Assembly (NCBI RefSeq): GCF_001545095.1
Contig: NZ_CP013213.1
Span: forward strand, 2,010,001-2,042,000
Source: Erysipelothrix larvae
Lineage (GTDB): Bacteria; Bacillota_I; Bacilli_A; Erysipelotrichales; Erysipelotrichaceae
Length of the DNA: 32,000 bases
Direction of reading: 5' to 3'
Every line of letters begins with the position of its first letter. The first letter of the stretch is position 1. Below the pieces are notes generated by a model that ran no database searches, was not told the DNA's origin, and was given only the letters and a program-made list of their open reading frames with translations. A program made the position numbers and the translations under genes. Below are positions 25,880 through 32,000 of the stretch, piece by piece.

Positions 25880-27260
25880 ATCAGTTGGAATTGTTGATAC
25901 AATTCTACGTGACGCACATCAAAGTTTGATTGCGACACGCATGACTACAGAACAAATGATTCCTGTACTAGAAAATCTCGATAATGCAGGATACCATGCT
26001 TTAGAGGTATGGGGTGGCGCAACCTTTGACGCATGCATACGTTACCTAAACGAAGATCCATGGGAGCGATTGCGCACAATCCGTAAGCATGTAAAACATA
26101 CAAAACTGCAAATGCTACTACGTGGGCAAAATTTATTGGGGTACAAACACTATCCTGACGATATTGTCGATGCATTCATTCAAAAATCCATTGAAAATGG
26201 TATTGACATTGTCCGTTGCTTTGATGCACTTAACGATATTAGAAACCTGAAACAAGCCGTTAAATCTGTGAAGAAATACGGAGGCCATGCACAACTTGCG
26301 ATTTGTTATACCATCAGTGATGTTCATACAGATGCGTATTACTTTGATCTTGTGAAAGAAATGGTTGAATTAGGCGCAGATTCTATTGCCATTAAGGATA
26401 TGGCTGGAATCTTAACACCGCACCGTGCAGAAAGCATCGTTAAAGGGATTAAAAAAATTACCACGATTCCACTCGAAGTGCATACTCATGCAACAAGTGG
26501 TATCTCCGAAATGACTTACCTAAAAGCAATTGAAGCAGGTGCAGACATTATTGATACAGCAGTCTCTGCATTCTCTGGTGGTACCAGCCAACCTGCTACA
26601 GAATCCATGATCCTTGCATTAAGAGAAATGGGATATGACATCGCCGTCGATCTTGATGAAGTTCAAATCATACGTGACCATTTCCTCAAGGTAAAAGAAA
26701 CCTTTGTAGAGAGTGGCGACCTCAACATTCAAGTGTATGCAATTGATCCAAACACATTGATCACACAAGTACCAGGGGGCATGATATCCAACCTATTATC
26801 GCAACTCAAAGAAGCGAAACAATTGGATAAATTCCAAGATGTTCTCAATGAAGTACCACGTGTTCGTAAAGAACTGGGGTATCCACCTCTTGTAACGCCT
26901 TTATCACAAATGGTTGGAACACAAGCGGTTATGAATATCTTAAGCAATGCACGCTACAAACTCGTACCCAATGAGATTAAAGAATACATGCGGGGATACT
27001 ACGGTAAACCACCTGCACCCATAGATGAGAACATAATTCATCAGGTGTTGGGTGATGACCAAGAAATCATCAGTGTCCGCCCTGCTGACCTGCTTCAGCC
27101 TGAACTTGAACAATGTAAAGAGACCCTTAAAGAAATTGCCACTTCTTTAGAAGATGTCTTAAGTTATGCACTCTTCCCTCAACTTGTCCTTCCTTACTTA
27201 AAGAAGAAGCATGACCCATTTTACGATGTGATCGTTCAAGATGTTACCGTAATCCTATAG
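25872..27260 (+). CDS. oadA: Oxaloacetate decarboxylase alpha subunit, carboxyltransferase only (no fused biotinyl domain)
   Basis: A TIM-barrel carboxyltransferase is present (DTILRDAHQSL, IKDMAGILTP, VHTHATSG). The protein ends after the association domain without an AMKM motif. It has a TTG start that overlaps the citX stop. Confidence 0.9.
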   Translation: MTKSVGIVDTILRDAHQSLIATRMTTEQMIPVLENLDNAGYHALEVWGGATFDACIRYLNEDPWERLRTIRKHVKHTKLQMLLRGQNLLGYKHYPDDIVDAFIQKSIENGIDIVRCFDALNDIRNLKQAVKSVKKYGGHAQLAICYTISDVHTDAYYFDLVKEMVELGADSIAIKDMAGILTPHRAESIVKGIKKITTIPLEVHTHATSGISEMTYLKAIEAGADIIDTAVSAFSGGTSQPATESMILALREMGYDIAVDLDEVQIIRDHFLKVKETFVESGDLNIQVYAIDPNTLITQVPGGMISNLLSQLKEAKQLDKFQDVLNEVPRVRKELGYPPLVTPLSQMVGTQAVMNILSNARYKLVPNEIKEYMRGYYGKPPAPIDENIIHQVLGDDQEIISVRPADLLQPELEQCKETLKEIATSLEDVLSYALFPQLVLPYLKKKHDPFYDVIVQDVTVIL

Positions 27261-27286
27261 AATGACTTCGGTCATTCTTTTTTTTC
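27259..27286 (+). terminator. Rho-independent terminator of the oad-cit operon
   Basis: The stem pairs AGAATGAC (27259-27266) with GTCATTCT (27271-27278) around a TTCG loop, and T8 follows. Confidence 0.9.
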
Positions 27287-27297
27287 ATAAAAAAACC

Positions 27298-28119
27298 TCA
27301 TAGCGAGGTCTCAATCATATCGAAAAATAAAGTTAATGCAAGTAGATCTGCAGATCCTCCTGGACTTAAGTTACGGCTTTTGAATTCACGATTTAACACC
27401 TCAAGTTCATGTTCAAACTGTGCGGGGGGCCTGTTTAAGATTCGTTTGGCTTCATGTTGCGTATAACTCAACGCCTCCATTCCACCCCGTTTCAAAATAT
27501 TAGAATCATCATTCTTTGCCATTAAATGCAGTAATACGCCCAGTTGGCGTTGACGTGGAGGAAGGTGCTTATTTTTTTTAAGATACGGCAGTGCCTCATG
27601 CATGATAAGCGGAAATCCATGTTCTACTTCCCCCCGTATGCCTAAAATTCCAAATTGATGGTACATGTGTTCACCATGTGTTTGGTAGGACTTCAAAGAA
27701 GTCAGTTCTTTTTCGGTCAATCCTTTTGTCATCGCCATCACATACGCAATGATACTGACTAAATCAGTGTTCTGTTGCGCTTGGCATGCACCAATCGCAC
27801 TTAACACAACACCAAAGGAAAAGTTTGCACCTTTGTGTGTGTTAACACCCTTGGTAGTTCTAAACATGGTTTCTTCTGCGTTTAATCCAATGACGCGTAT
27901 TTTATTGAACACGTATTTAGGATTCGACGCATGTTCAAAACCTACCTGATAATACGCCTCAAAACTTTCCTTAAAGCACAACGCACTATCAATGAATAGT
28001 TCAAAATCCATATCAGTATGGGCACCATTATCAGCTGCATCAACAAGTCCTGGTTTTGGTGTTAATGCAGCTTCCAATATGAGTGCTTTAATTGCTTGAT
28101 TCACAACTTCATGCATCAT
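27298..28119 (-). CDS. citG: Triphosphoribosyl-dephospho-CoA synthase
   Basis: The CitG-family sequence includes LTPKPGLVD, NTHKGANF, ILKRGG and SPGGSADLLA. The start lies directly after the citO stop (TAA GTG ATG ATG); the ATG at 28119 is preferred. Confidence 0.9.
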   Translation of the reverse strand: MMHEVVNQAIKALILEAALTPKPGLVDAADNGAHTDMDFELFIDSALCFKESFEAYYQVGFEHASNPKYVFNKIRVIGLNAEETMFRTTKGVNTHKGANFSFGVVLSAIGACQAQQNTDLVSIIAYVMAMTKGLTEKELTSLKSYQTHGEHMYHQFGILGIRGEVEHGFPLIMHEALPYLKKNKHLPPRQRQLGVLLHLMAKNDDSNILKRGGMEALSYTQHEAKRILNRPPAQFEHELEVLNREFKSRNLSPGGSADLLALTLFFDMIETSL

Positions 28120-28122
28120 CAC

Positions 28123-28815
28123 TTAACGGATCAACTCCGTAAATTCATCAAGAATAAAATCCTCGGATAAAGCTAAGTGTTCTGCGATTACCATTCTAAG
28201 CTGTTCGGTGTCTTTGTTTTTTAAGCATCGTAATATTAACCGATGTTCATGTAAAGCATGTTCCCTCCGTGCATCAGCGGACAGTGAAATGTTTCTAAAC
28301 CGTGCAAGATAATCATGCAACCGATTTTGGATTGCCTCAAGTCGTGGCATTCTTGCAAATTGGAAAATCAACGAGTTAAATTCCCGAGACAAATTAATCA
28401 CTTGTTTTACATTATTTTCACGCTGTGCTTCATCGGTACGATCTAACAAATCCTCCATAATTCTGAAGTCTTCCTCAGTCATCATTACCATTGCATTTTC
28501 TGCTGCTAAGATATCGAGGGATGTTCGTATCTGGTAAATCTCATGAACGTCTTCCATTGAAAACTGACGAACAACAATCCCATAATTCGGCACATATTCG
28601 ACAATATCTTCGTCTTGAATCCGTCGCAATGCTTCGCGTACGGGTGTTCGACTTACATTTAAACACTCAGCGTACTGTTTCTCATTAATCCGTTCCCCTG
28701 TTGGAATAACACCACTAATAATTGCGGTGCGTAATCCCTCATAAATAATTTGGTAAAGTGGTAGATTTTGGCCCAAATCAACCAACTTAATCACATCTTG
28801 GATGTATTTCTCCAT
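28123..28815 (-). CDS. citO: GntR-family (FadR/FCD subfamily) transcriptional regulator, CitO-like
   Basis: The N-terminal wHTH reads INEKQYAECLNVSRTPVREALRRIQDEDIV. A C-terminal FCD-like helical domain carries His residues (HALHEHRLI). A GGGGG ribosome-binding site precedes the start. Confidence 0.85.
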   Translation of the reverse strand: MEKYIQDVIKLVDLGQNLPLYQIIYEGLRTAIISGVIPTGERINEKQYAECLNVSRTPVREALRRIQDEDIVEYVPNYGIVVRQFSMEDVHEIYQIRTSLDILAAENAMVMMTEEDFRIMEDLLDRTDEAQRENNVKQVINLSREFNSLIFQFARMPRLEAIQNRLHDYLARFRNISLSADARREHALHEHRLILRCLKNKDTEQLRMVIAEHLALSEDFILDEFTELIR

Positions 28816-28848
28816 ACATACCCCCTATTCTAACCTCTTGTTAGGTCT

Positions 28849-28878
28849 ATTATAAGTGGACAACTCTTTTCACCGCAA
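28849..28878 (-). promoter_or_regulatory. Sigma-A-type promoter candidate of citO-citG (TTGCGG-18-TATAAT)
   Basis: On the minus strand the -35 is TTGCGG (28878-28873), the spacer is 18 nt and the -10 is TATAAT (28854-28849). It lies about 35 nt upstream of the citO ATG. Confidence 0.55.
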
Positions 28879-29069
28879 CCCTTGTATACACTTAGAACAC
28901 TTATTAAACACTTTTAAAATTTATACCTATAAATCATCTTGATAATAATTTCGACATTTAAGTAATAACGGGTAATTAATTAATATATTTGATAATTTAT
29001 TTCTAATTTTCTCCCATTTTATAACAATATTTTATAAAATCCAACGCTGTGTTTTCCATAAGAGCGGTT

Positions 29070-29101
29070 TAAAAAAAGACTTGGAATTGGCTTCCAAGTC
29101 T
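29070..29101 (-). terminator. Rho-independent terminator of the RCC1-repeat protein gene
   Basis: A perfect 10-bp stem pairs AGACTTGGAA (29077-29086) with TTCCAAGTCT (29092-29101). T7 follows on the minus strand (A-run 29071-29077). Confidence 0.88.
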
Positions 29102-29172
29102 TCTGATTATCGGAATGAAAATCACCGATTTGACTTTCACTTTTGTATCGTTTGGATGTCATGAAATGGACC

Positions 29173-31464
29173 TTATGGTAGCGTTAACTCAACCCAAGAT
29201 TTTCTAAAAATAGAATCACCAAGTCCAAGTTTTCCATAATTGTTGCTTCCAATGACATACATTTCACCCTTGTCATTGATCAAGACACTATGGTTATAGT
29301 ATGCTCCCATTGAGACAATATTGTCTCCAATACTCCGTGATATTACAATGGGAACCGTGGTGTGGCCTTCTCCATAAGCATACGATACATTTTCTCCCCA
29401 AGCATATGCAACGCCATTTGAGTCCACTGCAATTCCATAACGCATTCCTGCAATGATACGCTCAACGGTGATGTTGTTATCTGGGAAGTATTCAATGAGT
29501 GTTGGTGTTGTCAGTGCTGTTAGATTATTATGACCCAGCTGACCGAGTTCATTTAATCCCCACGAATAAACATTACCATCCTGTGTTAGGATGTATGTAT
29601 GCTTTTCTCCAGCTTCAATCTCTTTTATATCCGATACACTGAGTGTACTTGGCAGTTTTTGCGTTACATTAATCGGTGTTTTTGAGTCTTCTGAAGTTGA
29701 TTCAAGGTTTAATCCATATAATCCCCTTCCCCAAGCATATAATTGATTATCTTCAGATATTGCATAACCGTTGTAGTAACCTTGTTCGACGTATTTTATC
29801 TTTGCATCATTTGGAAACGTTAGTTTTGTTGGTACTTCTGTATCTTTTGATGTACCTAAGCCGGTTCTATAGTTTAGCCCTTGTCCCCATGAATAGACTT
29901 CTCCTGCTTCATTTAAGACTAGAGGTGTGTAATATTCACCATCGATTTGTTTTATCTTTCCAAGACCTTTAAGTTCAGTAGGTACAAAGTTATGCTTGGT
30001 TCCTGACTCATTTCCTTGTACGCCGTATGCATCTGAACCCCAAATGAAAATACGACCTTCATCACTTTGTGCGATAATAAAATATATACCGCCAGCTAAG
30101 TCTACAATATTATGATCTTTAAGTAAAGACACTTCAACTAATCGATTTTTTGCGGCTCCCGAATTGATTCCTAACTGTCCGCTTCCACCATAACCCGCAG
30201 TATAAACCCTTCCATCACTGGACAAAACGATTGTGTTTTCATACAACAATTGCACACCTCTGGTACTGTAGATTGTAAGATCAAGACACTTCTCAATTGC
30301 CGCAAGCCCAGAGCTATCGGTTAGGTTATAACAGATATGGTAGGTTCCTGGTACCTTTGAATCATAGTTTGGAGGTGTTGTAATGACGAGGTTGTTTCTT
30401 AATGTTTGTTCATCATCAATATTATCACTCACATTCACAAGACTTGATAGAGATAAATTATCAGTTTTCGCCCTTCGTGGTGAATCGCTGATTGGTGTGA
30501 TTACTGGTGGTTCTCCATCCGTTACATAAACTTCACGCACCACCTTTTGTGAGAGTCCATCATGGCTTGCGGTATAAGTGATTGTATAGATTCCAACCTT
30601 TGATGTGTTCACATTTCCGGATGTGATGACAGGTACCGATTCATCAAACTCATTGAATGCCACAGCCCCTGGATCAGTGAATTTTGTGTTTTGATCGATA
30701 TACATGGGCGTATCACCCAATAGTTCAATTCTTAAACTGCTTGGAATGTTTATGCCGGTATCAATGGGTCCATAAACTTGTGCCATGTCTGTCCATAAAA
30801 TGGTTGGGTTGCTTGCGCTTGCATTGACACGGACTCCAATTCCGATTTTATTCGCCATTAACCGATCTCGTAATTCTTTTACCGTTAATTTCGCGTCACT
30901 AAGGTGTAATTTATACGTATAGCGTTTCGAGTCATACCCGTCTCCTTCACCACTGATTGTTGAAAGAGTATCTTGGTTGACGGTTTTTTTAACCCCATAT
31001 CGAACGCCACCGGGTGTTTGTAATGCTTGTGTATCGTTTTCGTTAAACCCAATCAATGCATGCGTTCCTGTGTTTGATCGGATATCACCATCATCAGTTG
31101 TTGAAGGATATAAAAGCACAATATCTTTTTCATTGGTTTCGTTTTCAAAAGCGAGCTCGATACTTGATTCAATGTCAACACTAAGATCAGATTTGTTTTT
31201 AACGACAAATTCGACCAACAAAATATCATCCTGCACGATTTTTGTGCCAAATCCACTTGCATCATTTGCATACCAGGTTACTGTACCATCTTGGTTAATG
31301 ACACCCACTCTAAATTCTGTGATGTCAATGTTTAGTTTTGATGCACTAACTTGGTATGAACTACGCACGTTGTCACTGAACATGCTTTGTATTGGAGAGA
31401 ACACAGATAAAAGAAACAGGAAAAATGACCCCATCAAAAGCGCACTTATGAGACGTCGTTTCAT
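29173..31464 (-). CDS. Secreted multidomain protein: SipW-type signal peptide, TasA/camelysin-like N-domain, two Ig-like domains and a seven-blade RCC1-repeat beta-propeller
   Basis: The N-terminus (...SPIQSMFSDNVRSSYQVSASKLNIDI) resembles the TasA signal and mature junction (AAFNDIKSKDATFASGTLDLSA). Ig-like segments are present (VGIYTITYTASHDG, PGTYHICYNLTDSSG). Seven RCC1-type repeats are visible: GRVYTAGYGGSGQLG, GRIFIWGSDAYGVQG, GEVYSWGQGLNYRTGLG, NQLYAWGRGLYG, GNVYSWGLNELGQLG, GVAYAWGENVSYAYG, GEMYVIGSNNYGKLGLG. Confidence 0.85.
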   Translation of the reverse strand: MKRRLISALLMGSFFLFLLSVFSPIQSMFSDNVRSSYQVSASKLNIDITEFRVGVINQDGTVTWYANDASGFGTKIVQDDILLVEFVVKNKSDLSVDIESSIELAFENETNEKDIVLLYPSTTDDGDIRSNTGTHALIGFNENDTQALQTPGGVRYGVKKTVNQDTLSTISGEGDGYDSKRYTYKLHLSDAKLTVKELRDRLMANKIGIGVRVNASASNPTILWTDMAQVYGPIDTGINIPSSLRIELLGDTPMYIDQNTKFTDPGAVAFNEFDESVPVITSGNVNTSKVGIYTITYTASHDGLSQKVVREVYVTDGEPPVITPISDSPRRAKTDNLSLSSLVNVSDNIDDEQTLRNNLVITTPPNYDSKVPGTYHICYNLTDSSGLAAIEKCLDLTIYSTRGVQLLYENTIVLSSDGRVYTAGYGGSGQLGINSGAAKNRLVEVSLLKDHNIVDLAGGIYFIIAQSDEGRIFIWGSDAYGVQGNESGTKHNFVPTELKGLGKIKQIDGEYYTPLVLNEAGEVYSWGQGLNYRTGLGTSKDTEVPTKLTFPNDAKIKYVEQGYYNGYAISEDNQLYAWGRGLYGLNLESTSEDSKTPINVTQKLPSTLSVSDIKEIEAGEKHTYILTQDGNVYSWGLNELGQLGHNNLTALTTPTLIEYFPDNNITVERIIAGMRYGIAVDSNGVAYAWGENVSYAYGEGHTTVPIVISRSIGDNIVSMGAYYNHSVLINDKGEMYVIGSNNYGKLGLGDSIFRKSWVELTLP

Positions 31465-31979
31465 GATACTTTTTCCTTGTTATGCTTACGGTATTGTTTA
31501 AACAGATATAAACCAAGCATTATGGACGCAATGGGCAGCAATCCAAAAAGTACAAAGTTTACTGGTGTTTTAACGATTTCAATTAAGAATACTGCAAGTG
31601 TTGTATGAAAAACTGCGCGTCCTAAAACATCGTGAGACGCGATGATTTCTGGATCAATGTCGTTATTGTTATCGCCTTTAGTAATGAACCCCTCTTCGGT
31701 TATATCCACAACACGGTGGAATACCGTCGCATTCACAACGTTACTATGAAATGCAATTGGATCCCCAACATTGAGGCTCGAAGCATCCGTTTTCTTAATG
31801 ATTACTAAGGTATTAATGGGGTAATCTGGAGCCATAGACCCCGTAGTGATGATAAATGGTTTATATCCAAATATAAACACTTCATCTCTATCTTTTCGTG
31901 TTAAAGAAAAGTGGAGTGCAAGCAATAACAAAACAATCGATAATCCAATAAGCAGATTATTGAATAGATTTTTCTTCAT
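31461..31979 (-). CDS. sipW: Signal peptidase I, SipW (archaeal/ER) type
   Basis: The SipW-type motifs are TTGSMAP, GDPIAF, FHRVV and TKGDNNNDID, and both N- and C-terminal transmembrane helices are present. The stop overlaps the ATG of the downstream gene (ATGA). The start is either the ATG at 31979 or the GTG at 31988. Confidence 0.85.
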   Translation of the reverse strand: MKKNLFNNLLIGLSIVLLLLALHFSLTRKDRDEVFIFGYKPFIITTGSMAPDYPINTLVIIKKTDASSLNVGDPIAFHSNVVNATVFHRVVDITEEGFITKGDNNNDIDPEIIASHDVLGRAVFHTTLAVFLIEIVKTPVNFVLFGLLPIASIMLGLYLFKQYRKHNKEKVS

Positions 31980-32000
31980 CGTCTTCACTTCTTTCTTTAA

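Noticed and set aside
1-32000. A search by eye for tRNA or rRNA genes, CRISPR repeat arrays, IS or transposase or integrase genes, long direct or inverted repeats, prophage genes and defence-system hallmarks.
   Set aside because: None was found. All large ORFs have metabolic, envelope or regulatory assignments, and the intergenic regions are short and explained by promoters and terminators. A computational repeat or tRNA scan would be needed to exclude small elements.

Overview
The window looks like a chromosomal segment of a low-GC Bacillota-type genome (about 40% GC by eye, strong GGAGG-type ribosome-binding sites, lipobox lipoproteins). I support 32 protein-coding genes and found no rRNA, tRNA, CRISPR array, transposase or integrase. 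All family calls come from motif recognition by eye; no database search was run.

Left half (1-14.5 kb): mostly minus-strand accessory enzymes and exported hydrolases.
- HAD phosphatase and ASCH protein.
- PAS-GGDEF-EAL c-di-GMP protein with a degenerate GGDEF motif.
- VOC protein and an MDR quinone oxidoreductase.
- A translationally coupled pair of an acyl-CoA-dehydrogenase-like flavoprotein and an amidase.
- Several lipoproteins, including an M28/PA peptidase and a metallophosphoesterase.
- A VanY-type M15B peptidase with Ig-like domains, and a small zinc-ribbon protein.

Right half (14.7-28.8 kb): a coherent citrate-fermentation island.
- A divergent ATP-type PEP carboxykinase and a CitMHS citrate transporter.
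- birA-bioY, divergent from a tightly coupled operon of about 7.8 kb: oadH-like, oadD (biotin carrier), oadB, an unlisted 46-codon OadG-like micro-ORF, citCDEFX and oadA.
- A convergent citO(GntR)-citG pair.
- The order closely resembles the Enterococcus faecalis oadHDB-citCDEFX-oadA arrangement.

Window end (29.2-32.0 kb): a SipW-type signal peptidase translationally coupled to a 763-aa secreted protein. That protein joins a TasA/camelysin-like N-terminus to Ig-like domains and a seven-blade RCC1 propeller.

Most interesting observations:
- The SipW/TasA-like-RCC1 fusion module.
- The apparent split of the Oad gamma subunit into a membrane micro-ORF and a repeat-containing soluble protein.
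- A shared GTGTT/AACAC(TT) motif family upstream of citM, oadH and citO, a candidate CitO regulon signal.
- A near-perfect BirA operator, a cre site at citM, and a short promoter/micro-ORF/terminator leader upstream of the zinc-ribbon gene.
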